Shown in pieces: positions 16,705-24,684 of a stretch of 26,072 nucleotides of DNA (its first letter is position 1; each line of letters begins with the position of its first letter). Both the position numbers and the translations under genes were made by a program. The stretch spans positions 1 to 26,072 of the forward strand of contig JASLZO010000001.1 in assembly GCA_030754805.1 (NCBI GenBank), written 5' to 3'. This DNA is from Dehalococcoidia bacterium (lineage in GTDB: Bacteria > Chloroflexota > Dehalococcoidia > UBA6926). The notes under the pieces were generated by a model. That model searched no databases and was not told the DNA's origin. It saw only the letters and a list, made by a program, of their open reading frames with translations.

Positions 16705-17172
16705 ATGATGACGAAGCGACGCGTCACGTTGACCGTCAACGGCGAGCACGTCGAGCCGCTGGTGGAGGCGAATGCGCTGCTCGTCAACGTCCTGAGAGAA
16801 GAGTTGCAACTGACGGGCACGAAGTACTGCTGCGGCACCGGACAGTGCGGGGGATGCACGGTACTCGTCAACGGGGAGCCGATTCTGAGTTGCCTGACGC
16901 TGGCGGTTGCCGTCGATGGCGCAGATATCCTGACGATTGAAGGAGTGGCTAAACCGGACGGATCACTGGATCCGATCCAGGAGGCGTTTCTGGATCATGG
17001 AGCCGTGCAGTGCGGGTTCTGCACGCCCGGGATGATTCTCATGGCCAAGGATCTGCTCGCGCACGACCCTTCACCTTCGGAAGAACGGATCCGGGAGCAC
17101 CTGAGAGGGAACCTCTGTCGATGCACTGGGTATCACCGAATCGTCAAGGCGATAGGAAGCTGCGGCCAGTAG
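16705..17172 (+). CDS. Xanthine dehydrogenase family 2x[2Fe-2S] (small) subunit 1
   Basis: CGTGQCGGC...SCL, QCGFC and CRCTGY motifs. The start is taken as ATG 16705, just after the medium-subunit stop (track start is 16681). Confidence 0.92.
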   Translation: MMTKRRVTLTVNGEHVEPLVEANALLVNVLREELQLTGTKYCCGTGQCGGCTVLVNGEPILSCLTLAVAVDGADILTIEGVAKPDGSLDPIQEAFLDHGAVQCGFCTPGMILMAKDLLAHDPSPSEERIREHLRGNLCRCTGYHRIVKAIGSCGQ

Positions 17173-17200
17173 CGGCAGCCTTGCTCCAGCCTCGGCACGG

Positions 17201-18100
17201 ATGAGAAAGACGAAGACGAAGACAGTGACGAGCACCACGTACCTGCGGCCTACCGACTTGAACGACCTCCAGCAGATCATGGCGGAGCACCAAGGGCGAG
17301 CTGCCGTCGTCGCGGGCGCCACCGACATGATTCCTCAGATGCGAGCCGGGCGGACTCTACCCGCGGTTCTCGTCGATCTCTGCGAGATAGCGGAACTGTC
17401 GTTCATACGTGAAGAGCACGGCAGCATTGCGATCGGCGCAACCACCACGATGGCCAAGCTCGCCTCGAGCCCCATCATTGCCAGCGGCAGCCCGTTCCTA
17501 GCGACGGCTGCCCGGCAGGTCGGACACCCGCAGACCCGGAATCGAGCCACCATCGGGGGCAATCTCGCCAACGCGTCTCCCAGCGCGGACACCGCACCTC
17601 CACTTCTGGCCCTGGGCGCCGCGGTTCAGATCATGAGTCCGGATGGGGCCATCAGAGATGTGCCCCTGCACCAGTTTTTTCATTCCTACAGGGTGACGGA
17701 TCTGGGCGAGGGCGACGTGCTGACCCGGATCACGTTTCCCAGGCCGCCGGATGGAGCGGCCGGACGTTTCACCAAGATCGGCCTGAGAAGCGCATCGTCG
17801 ATCAGCGTTGCCAGCGTCGCCGTGATGCTGGAGATGGAGGAGACGACCTGCCGGACGGCACGGGTCGCGGCAGGGTCGGTGGCTCCGATACCGATGCGAG
17901 TCTTCCGCATCGAAGAGCTGCTTGAAGGCCACGAGATTGGCGAGACGCTCGTCGAGGAATGTTCCGAACTCTTGCGGGCGGAGATCTCGCCCATCAGTGA
18001 CGTTCGAGGCTCTGACAAGTACCGCTCGTATGTGGCCTCGGCGGTCCTGAAGCGACAGATCGAGATGGCCGTGGCAGACCGGAGGACATTCGGCGCATGA
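17201..18100 (+). CDS. Xanthine dehydrogenase family FAD-binding (medium) subunit 2
   Basis: Motifs VAGATDMIP, RNRATIGGNLANASPSADT, and PISDVRGSDKYR. An alternative GTG start lies at 17225. Confidence 0.9.
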   Translation: MRKTKTKTVTSTTYLRPTDLNDLQQIMAEHQGRAAVVAGATDMIPQMRAGRTLPAVLVDLCEIAELSFIREEHGSIAIGATTTMAKLASSPIIASGSPFLATAARQVGHPQTRNRATIGGNLANASPSADTAPPLLALGAAVQIMSPDGAIRDVPLHQFFHSYRVTDLGEGDVLTRITFPRPPDGAAGRFTKIGLRSASSISVASVAVMLEMEETTCRTARVAAGSVAPIPMRVFRIEELLEGHEIGETLVEECSELLRAEISPISDVRGSDKYRSYVASAVLKRQIEMAVADRRTFGA

Positions 18101-18594
18101 CGACGTATCCGATCGACATCAAGGTCAACGGCGAATGGAAGCGGGCGGAGGTGACGGCCCGCGAGACCCTGTTGGACGCGTTGCGGAATCGCCTGAGGGC
18201 CTTCGAGGTGAAGGACGGGTGCAGTCAGGGCGATTGCGGAGCGTGCACCGTCATCCTGGCTGGACGTGCGGTCAACGCCTGTCTGACGCTGGCCGTGCAG
18301 GCCAACGGCAAGGAGATCACCACGCTGAAGGGTGTCGGAACGTCGGAGAATCCCGATCCCCTTCAGAAGAGCTTCGTCGAGCACGGCGCGATTCAGTGCG
18401 GGTTCTGCACGCCGGGGGTGGTGGTGTCGGCGAAGGCTCTGCTCGAGGCCAATCCGAACCCGAACCGAGAGGAGATCCGCGAAGGGATCTCCGGAAACCT
18501 GTGTCGCTGTACCGGGTACACGCAGATCGTCGAGGCCATCGAGGACGCGGCGGCACACGGCAGGCGTGGCGTAGGAGAGCGGGAAGATGCCTGA
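18097..18594 (+). CDS. Xanthine dehydrogenase family 2x[2Fe-2S] (small) subunit 2
   Basis: KDGCSQGDCGAC...NACL, QCGFC and CRCTGY motifs. ATGA overlap with the upstream gene. Confidence 0.92.
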   Translation: MTTYPIDIKVNGEWKRAEVTARETLLDALRNRLRAFEVKDGCSQGDCGACTVILAGRAVNACLTLAVQANGKEITTLKGVGTSENPDPLQKSFVEHGAIQCGFCTPGVVVSAKALLEANPNPNREEIREGISGNLCRCTGYTQIVEAIEDAAAHGRRGVGEREDA

Positions 18595-20887
18595 GAATCG
18601 TACCAGGCCTGCATACCGGATCATCGGGAAGGCGGCTCCGCGGCCAGACGCCTGGGCAAAAGTGTTCGGCGACACGGCGTACGCCCATGACTACACAGTG
18701 CCGGGGATGCTCTGCGCGAAGGTGCTGAGGAGCCGCCACCCCGCCGCGCGGGTCCTGTCCATCGACACCGGTGACGCAGAGAAGCTGCCCGGCGTCGACG
18801 CGGTCTTGACCGCCAAGGATGTGCCGAACAACGAGACGGCCACGCGGTTCGGACAGACCCATCAGGTGGGCGGGTTCGAGGGGCTCTACCGGGTCCTGGC
18901 CGAGAAGAAGATCCGATTCAAGGGCGAAGCGGTTGCGCTGGTCGCGGCGACGAGTGAGGCGGTCGCCGAGGAGGCGCTCGGTCTCATTCACGTGGAGTAC
19001 GAACCGCTCGAAGGCGTCTTCGATCCGGTCGAGGCGAAGCAGGCCGGAGCCTACCAGGTCGGGGAAGACGAGAGTAACGTCATTTGCAGCTACAAGGTCA
19101 GAAAGGGTGACGTCGAGGAGGGGTTCAAGCTGGCTGATGTCGTGGTCGAACAGACCTACCGGGTGCCGATGGTGGACCATGCCTATCTGGAGCCGGAATC
19201 CGGCGTGGCCTGGCTGGATCAGGACGGCGTGATCACCATTCGATCCGCCACTCAGGTCATCGAGCACTTCAGGGGAATCGCCGATGTCTTGGGCGTGTCG
19301 CACAACCGGGTCCGGATCATCGCCCCGATGCTCGGCGGCGGCTTCGGCGGCAAGGAAGACATCACGGTCGAGACCTACCTGGCGCTACTCGTGTGGAAGA
19401 CCCGAAAGCCCGTATCGCTGACCTACACGCGGGAAGAGTCCATTCGCTCCCACGGCAAGCGCCATCCCTACGTCATGAGGTACAAGACCGGCGCCACCAA
19501 GGCCGGCAAGCTGGTGGCCCTGGAGGCGGAACTGACGTCCGATGCCGGGGGCTACGTGTACCTGAGTCCCTGGGTTCTTCTGTATTCCACGGTCGGCGCC
19601 ACCGGGCCCTACGACATTCCCCACGTCAAGGTCGATTCCGAGACGGTGCTCACCAACAACACGTTCAGCAGTGCGAACCGCGGGTTCGGTGCTCCGCAGG
19701 TCTGTTTCGCGTGCGAGAGCCAGCTGGATGAGCTTGCCAAGCAACTTGGCCTCTCGCCGCTCGAGATCCGTCGTAAGAACTATCTTCGTACTGGGGATGC
19801 GCTGGCGACCGGGCGGGTCCTCGAGCACAGTGTCGAGACCGAGCAGACGGCCGACAGGGCCCTGGAGGCGCTCGGTGAACCCTCCGGACCCAGTTCGCCA
19901 ACCGAGAGAATCGGCCGGGGCATCGCCTCCAGCATGACGAGCTACGGCCGAATGACCTTCCTGCACGACACATCCAGAGCGCTGGTCAGCATCGAGATGG
20001 ACGGGAGCGTCTCTGTCAGGTGCGGCCTGCAGGATGTTGGCGGCGGTCAAGCATCCTCCTTGGCACAGATCGCCGCGGAGGTCCTCGGGGTTCCCATGGA
20101 GGACGTCACCGTCTACGTCGGGGATTCGGCCTTGACGCCACTGGCCGGGACTACCACCGCGACGCGGCTGCTCTACATGTCGGGCAACGCCACCAAGAAG
20201 GCGGCGACGGCGGTGCGTCACAGCCTGGTGAAGAAGGCGGCCGACCTGTTGGATGTCGACCCGGAAGAGCTGGCCATGGGGGATCGACAGATCTATTCCG
20301 CAGGCGACCCCGACCGTGCCGTGGCCCTGGAACGCGTCGTCAAGGCCTGCGCGGCGGATGGGATCCCCCTGTACGACGTGGCACAGTTCAATGCTCCAGC
20401 CCGCGAACTGATCGACTTCCAGACCGGCCAGGGACAGGTGTTTCCCGATTTCACCTTTGGCACGCAGGCCATGGAAGTATCGGTGGACATCGAGACGGGC
20501 GCCGTGAAGGTGCTCAAGATCGTTTCCTGCTACGACGTCGGTCAGGCCATCAACACCTTGAGTGCCGAGGGGCAACTGCACGGCGGGGCGTTGTACGGCT
20601 TGGGCTACGGAATGATGGAAGAGGTAGTCCTGGACAAGGGGAACACGCTGACCCCTTCATTCGCCGAGTATCTCATTCCCAGTGCCGTCGATGTTCCCGA
20701 TGTCAAGACGATCATGATCGAATCCGGCGGCGGTGTCGGGCCGTTCGGTGCCAAGGGATTGGGGGAACCGTCCTGCGTCCCGGCGGCGGCGGCGTTTGCC
20801 AACGCAGTCAGCGACGCCATCGGCGCTCGAGTGTGCGACCTGCCGGTGACACCCGAGAGGATCTTGAAGGCCTTGGGAAGATTCTGA
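18587..20887 (+). CDS. Xanthine dehydrogenase family molybdopterin-binding (large) subunit 2
   Basis: Motifs HAYLEPE, SATQ, GGGFGGKED, HGKRHP, ANRGFGAPQ, TTATR, GQLHGG and GAKGLGE. Confidence 0.92.
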   Translation: MPENRTRPAYRIIGKAAPRPDAWAKVFGDTAYAHDYTVPGMLCAKVLRSRHPAARVLSIDTGDAEKLPGVDAVLTAKDVPNNETATRFGQTHQVGGFEGLYRVLAEKKIRFKGEAVALVAATSEAVAEEALGLIHVEYEPLEGVFDPVEAKQAGAYQVGEDESNVICSYKVRKGDVEEGFKLADVVVEQTYRVPMVDHAYLEPESGVAWLDQDGVITIRSATQVIEHFRGIADVLGVSHNRVRIIAPMLGGGFGGKEDITVETYLALLVWKTRKPVSLTYTREESIRSHGKRHPYVMRYKTGATKAGKLVALEAELTSDAGGYVYLSPWVLLYSTVGATGPYDIPHVKVDSETVLTNNTFSSANRGFGAPQVCFACESQLDELAKQLGLSPLEIRRKNYLRTGDALATGRVLEHSVETEQTADRALEALGEPSGPSSPTERIGRGIASSMTSYGRMTFLHDTSRALVSIEMDGSVSVRCGLQDVGGGQASSLAQIAAEVLGVPMEDVTVYVGDSALTPLAGTTTATRLLYMSGNATKKAATAVRHSLVKKAADLLDVDPEELAMGDRQIYSAGDPDRAVALERVVKACAADGIPLYDVAQFNAPARELIDFQTGQGQVFPDFTFGTQAMEVSVDIETGAVKVLKIVSCYDVGQAINTLSAEGQLHGGALYGLGYGMMEEVVLDKGNTLTPSFAEYLIPSAVDVPDVKTIMIESGGGVGPFGAKGLGEPSCVPAAAAFANAVSDAIGARVCDLPVTPERILKALGRF

Positions 20888-20900
20888 CCCTTGTGACGTC

Positions 20901-21575
20901 ATGAGCAAGAAGCTCGGCATCGTCACCATCGGGCAGTCTCCCCGGACAGACGTCGTGCCGGAGATGACCCCGTTTCTCGGCGACGGTGTGGAGATCGTGG
21001 AACGCGGCGCGCTCGATGGACTGACGCTGAACGAGGTTGAGGAGTGCCACCCGGAACATGGGATGGCGCACCTGGTCAGCCGGATGCGGGACGGTACCGA
21101 AGTGGTCGTTGCCAAGGAGAAGTTGCTTCCCAGAATTGAACGCGCCATCGAGGACCTCGACAGCCAACGGGTCTCCGCCATCTTGCTGCTCTGCCTCGGA
21201 GACTTTCCCCGATTCCGATCTTCCTGTCTGCTCGTCGAGGCCCAACGGATCGTGGATCGGTGCGTCGACGGACTGGTGGGCGAGACCGACCACCTGGGAA
21301 TCCTGATTCCCATTCCGGAGCAGGAGGCGTGGGTCCGGAACACCTTCTCCCGGATGACCCCCCAGATCACGGTCGCCGATGCGTCTCCTTATGCCGACCG
21401 AGACCGGCTCTCCCGGGCGGGCGCGATGCTCAGCGAGGCGAACTGCGATCTGATCTTGATGTACTGCATGGGATTCAACCGACGAGCAGCCGGCGACATC
21501 AGGCGAGTAACCGGCAAGCCTGTCGTGCTCTCGAGTTCCCTTGTCGCTCGGACGCTGGGCGAGTTGCTCGAGTAG
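20901..21575 (+). CDS. AroM family protein (Asp/Glu/hydantoin racemase-like fold, function unknown)
   Basis: Motifs IVTIGQSPRTDV, LVSRMRDG, LLCLGDFP, LGILIP, LMYCMGF and PVVLSSSLVAR follow the AroM family layout and length (224 aa). Confidence 0.8.
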   Translation: MSKKLGIVTIGQSPRTDVVPEMTPFLGDGVEIVERGALDGLTLNEVEECHPEHGMAHLVSRMRDGTEVVVAKEKLLPRIERAIEDLDSQRVSAILLLCLGDFPRFRSSCLLVEAQRIVDRCVDGLVGETDHLGILIPIPEQEAWVRNTFSRMTPQITVADASPYADRDRLSRAGAMLSEANCDLILMYCMGFNRRAAGDIRRVTGKPVVLSSSLVARTLGELLE

Positions 21576-21640
21576 AACGGCCGAGAAGACGTCCTCGTGG
21601 AACCCACGCCGATGACACGCAGCATCAGCAGGTGCCGACC

Positions 21641-23014
21641 GTGAGCAAGAAGGCCGACACGGCGATCAAGAACGGGGTTCTGGTCACCAGTCGTGAACTC
21701 AAGCGTGCCGACATCTACATCAAAGACGGCTTGGTGGACAGCATCGAGAGTCCCGATCACGATCGGTCCGCCTTCAAGGTCATCGACGCGTCGGAAAAAC
21801 TGATTCTGCCCGGTATCATCGACGCCCACCTTCATCCGGTCTATGCCGACCGGATCGACACACTATCCAAGGCAGCCGCCGTCGACGGCATCACGACCAT
21901 CATTCCGTATATCGGCGCCGTGAAAGCCTGGGGAGCCACCGGCGGGTTGCTGGATGCAATCGGCGATTTCATCGAGGAAGGGGAACGCACATCGGTCATC
22001 GACTTCGGGATCCACGGCGCGCTCATGCAGCACGATGTCGACGACGCGAGCGCGACGATTCCCAAGTCGGTGGCCAGAGGAATCGTCTCGTTCAAGGTGT
22101 TCATGGCCTACAAGAAGCGCGGCATGAAGCTGGAGGACGATGACATTCTGAAGATCATGAATCTGGCGGCGGCGAACAACGCGCTGCTGGCCGCCCACGC
22201 CGAGAATGGCGCGGTCATCGATTTTCTCGAGACCGCCTTCATCGCCGAGGGCAAGGTATCTCCCGAGTATCATGGTCGCTCGCACCCCGGATTGTGCGAG
22301 GCCGAAGCAATCTTCCGGTTGCTCATGCTCGGGACAGTCGCCGCCTGCCCCGTCTACATTCCCCACATCAGTGCGAAGGAGTCCCTCGACGTCGTGCGAC
22401 AGTTCAAGCGCTGGGGAGGGCTCGAGTTCTACACGGAAACCTGTCCGCACTACCTGACCCTGACAGAAGCCGACATGTCCAGGTGGGGTTCCCTTGCGAA
22501 GATGTCGCCGCCCCTGAGGGGACGAGACGATGTTCAAGCGTTGTGGCAGGCGCTGCACGAGGGACTCATCGACGTCGTTGGCTCCGACCATGCCGGCCAC
22601 ACCACGGCAGCCAACCAACCGCTCCAGGACCGGATCTTTGATGCCCCGAACGGGATCCCGGGATTGGATACGGTCTTCAAGGTCGTGTACGAAGAAGGTG
22701 TCAACCAGGGCAGGATCACGCTGAGCCGCCTGGTCGAAGTCATGTGCGAGAAGCCCGCCAAGATTTTCGGTCTCTACCCCAGGAAGGGGACCGTCGCGGA
22801 AGGGGGGGACGCCGACATCGTCCTCTTCGATCCGGCAGCGGCCACGATCATCAAGGCTCAGCACCCTCTGCTCAACGTCGACTACAGCGTGTACGAAGGG
22901 CGAAGCTGCCTTGGCGCTCCGGTCATGGTGATGCAGCGTGGTCGGATCTTGATGGAAGACGGCGAGCTGAAAGGCACACCGGGCTTGGGCAGGTTCGTTT
23001 CTGGGACGAGATAG
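21641..23014 (+). CDS. Cyclic amidohydrolase, dihydropyrimidinase / D-hydantoinase family
   Basis: GTG at 21641 inside track ORF 21260-23014. A full binuclear ligand set is present: DAHLH, SFKVFM (carboxylated Lys), AAHAEN, PHIS and GSDHA. ETCPHYL and PNGIPG are also present. Confidence 0.88.
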   Translation: MSKKADTAIKNGVLVTSRELKRADIYIKDGLVDSIESPDHDRSAFKVIDASEKLILPGIIDAHLHPVYADRIDTLSKAAAVDGITTIIPYIGAVKAWGATGGLLDAIGDFIEEGERTSVIDFGIHGALMQHDVDDASATIPKSVARGIVSFKVFMAYKKRGMKLEDDDILKIMNLAAANNALLAAHAENGAVIDFLETAFIAEGKVSPEYHGRSHPGLCEAEAIFRLLMLGTVAACPVYIPHISAKESLDVVRQFKRWGGLEFYTETCPHYLTLTEADMSRWGSLAKMSPPLRGRDDVQALWQALHEGLIDVVGSDHAGHTTAANQPLQDRIFDAPNGIPGLDTVFKVVYEEGVNQGRITLSRLVEVMCEKPAKIFGLYPRKGTVAEGGDADIVLFDPAAATIIKAQHPLLNVDYSVYEGRSCLGAPVMVMQRGRILMEDGELKGTPGLGRFVSGTR

Positions 23015-23026
23015 GGCGGTGAACAC

Positions 23027-24466
23027 GTGCCTCATCGATACGACCTCATTCTGAAGAGCGGCACCGTGATCGACCCGCGCAATCAGCGTCATGGCGTCAT
23101 GGATGTCGCCGTGGCGGAGGGGCGCATCGCCGAGGTCGGGCCCGACCTCGATTCCCGGAGTGCTGCGGAGTGCGTCGACGTGGCCGGGTCACTCGTGCTG
23201 CCCGGCATCATCGATCTGCATGTCCACGCGTCTTCCTGGCTTGGTGGCAAGTTCGGACACAGGATGATGGCGTTGGCCGGGGTGACGACCGCGTTGGATC
23301 TGTCGGGGCCGATGGAAAGCGTGCTGGAGATCGCCAGGGATCACGGGGCCGGGTTGAGTCTCGCCTGTCTGGAGGCTGTGCGTCCCGGCTACACGGTCAA
23401 GGGTGCAGACCCGGACAGGCCGGAGCTGGAGGGCATGCTCCGAGATTCTCTACAGAAGGGCGCCTACGGCTTGAAGATCCTGGGTGGGCATTATCCGCTG
23501 ACGCCGGAGGCCACGCGCCGGGCCATTGAGGCAGCGCATCGACAGAACGCCTACCTGGCGTTCCATGCCGGCACGCTGAACACCAAGTCGAACATCGAAG
23601 GTTTTCACGAAGCGATTGAGTTGATTCAGGATCTCCCGGTACATCTGGCCCACATCAACAGCTACTGCCGCGGCGCGGTCAGGCCGTGCATCGGCGAGAC
23701 CGAGGAAGCGATTCAGGCGCTCGAGCAACACCCGATGATTTGCTCCGAATCGTACCTGTCTCCGATCAACGGAACCAGCGCCAAGTGTTCATCCGGAGTT
23801 CCCGAGAGCGACGTGACGAAGTCGTGTCTGGACACCGGAGGATTCCCGGCAACCGAGGCAGGCTTGAAGGATGCGATCGTGGCCGGGTGGGCTCAGATCA
23901 ATCTTGAATCGGACGACCAGGTCGTTCTTGCTGTCGGGGATGAGGCGGTTGAGTGGTGGCGGGGCCGCGGCACCGATACGACCGTGAGCTTCAGCGTCAA
24001 CCCGGACAGTCCGAGACTTCGCCTGGCTTCGGCGAAGCGCGAGACGGGGGATTTCGTCGTGGACTGCATCAGCACCGACGGAGGCGGCATTCCGAGGAAT
24101 GTGACCGTGGAAATGGGACTGGCGCTCGTGAAGCTCCAAGCTTTCACCGTGACGGAGTTTGCCAGCAAGACCAGCGCAAATCCGGCGATGATCCTTGGTC
24201 TCGAGAACAAGGGGCACCTTGGGGTCGGGGCCGATGCCGACATCTCCGTGCTGAGCCTGGAGACTCAGAAACCGGTTCTCAGCGTCGCCAACGGCGAGAT
24301 CATCGTGCGGAACGGCCGCGCGTCCGGCCGAAGCACCCGGATCATCACCACGCCGGCGGGTCGAGCCAGCGTTGAAGCTCACGGACTGGAGCCCCTCGTC
24401 GTCGACCCGGCTGACGCACCGGTGTGCCGCAGGGATTCCCTGACCGGCCAGCCTCCCGAGCGCTGA
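23027..24466 (+). CDS. Amidohydrolase family protein (dihydroorotase / N-acyl-D-amino-acid deacylase-like)
   Basis: Motifs PGIIDLHVH, GLKILGGHYPL, AFHAG, LAHIN, STDGG and KGHLGVGADADI. Confidence 0.82.
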   Translation: MPHRYDLILKSGTVIDPRNQRHGVMDVAVAEGRIAEVGPDLDSRSAAECVDVAGSLVLPGIIDLHVHASSWLGGKFGHRMMALAGVTTALDLSGPMESVLEIARDHGAGLSLACLEAVRPGYTVKGADPDRPELEGMLRDSLQKGAYGLKILGGHYPLTPEATRRAIEAAHRQNAYLAFHAGTLNTKSNIEGFHEAIELIQDLPVHLAHINSYCRGAVRPCIGETEEAIQALEQHPMICSESYLSPINGTSAKCSSGVPESDVTKSCLDTGGFPATEAGLKDAIVAGWAQINLESDDQVVLAVGDEAVEWWRGRGTDTTVSFSVNPDSPRLRLASAKRETGDFVVDCISTDGGGIPRNVTVEMGLALVKLQAFTVTEFASKTSANPAMILGLENKGHLGVGADADISVLSLETQKPVLSVANGEIIVRNGRASGRSTRIITTPAGRASVEAHGLEPLVVDPADAPVCRRDSLTGQPPER

Positions 24467-24468
24467 TC

Positions 24469-24684
24469 GTGCAGCGCTACGCCACTCGGCTCGTCATCCT
24501 GAGTTTCGTCGTCCAGTTCCTGGCCGCCATGTGGCCGGTGTATCCGGTGTTCAATCGGATCCGCCCGTTCGTGTTCGGCATTCCTTTCTCATTCTTCTAT
24601 GCGACGAGCCTGATGGCGCTGTCCTTCGTGACGCTACTGGCGTTCCATCTCTGGTGGGATCGGTCTGACGACGAGCCACGCTGA
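24469..24684 (+). CDS. DUF3311-type small membrane protein 2
   Basis: GTG at 24469, two hydrophobic segments with the WP..P.FNRIRPFVFGIPF linker, and a TGATG overlap with the symporter. Confidence 0.75.
   Translation: MQRYATRLVILSFVVQFLAAMWPVYPVFNRIRPFVFGIPFSFFYATSLMALSFVTLLAFHLWWDRSDDEPR

Noticed and set aside
17207-17224. AAGACG microrepeat (KTKTKT) at the start of medium subunit 2
   Set aside because: It has only about three short units and may lie upstream of the real GTG start at 17225. There is no evidence of phase variation.
15824-18100. 4-hydroxybenzoyl-CoA reductase (HcrCAB), tempting given the aromatic context
   Set aside because: Both FAD subunits (about 292 and 299 aa) lack the Cys-rich [4Fe-4S] insert characteristic of HcrB.
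13458-20887. Aerobic CO dehydrogenase (CoxMSL)
   Set aside because: Neither large subunit has the form I AYxCSFR or form II AYxGAGR loop. They read AMQGYG and ANRGFG.
21590-21603. Small hairpin CGTGG-aac-CCACG (about 21596-21608) between the AroM-family and hydantoinase genes
   Set aside because: A 5-bp stem with no U-tract is expected by chance at this GC content.
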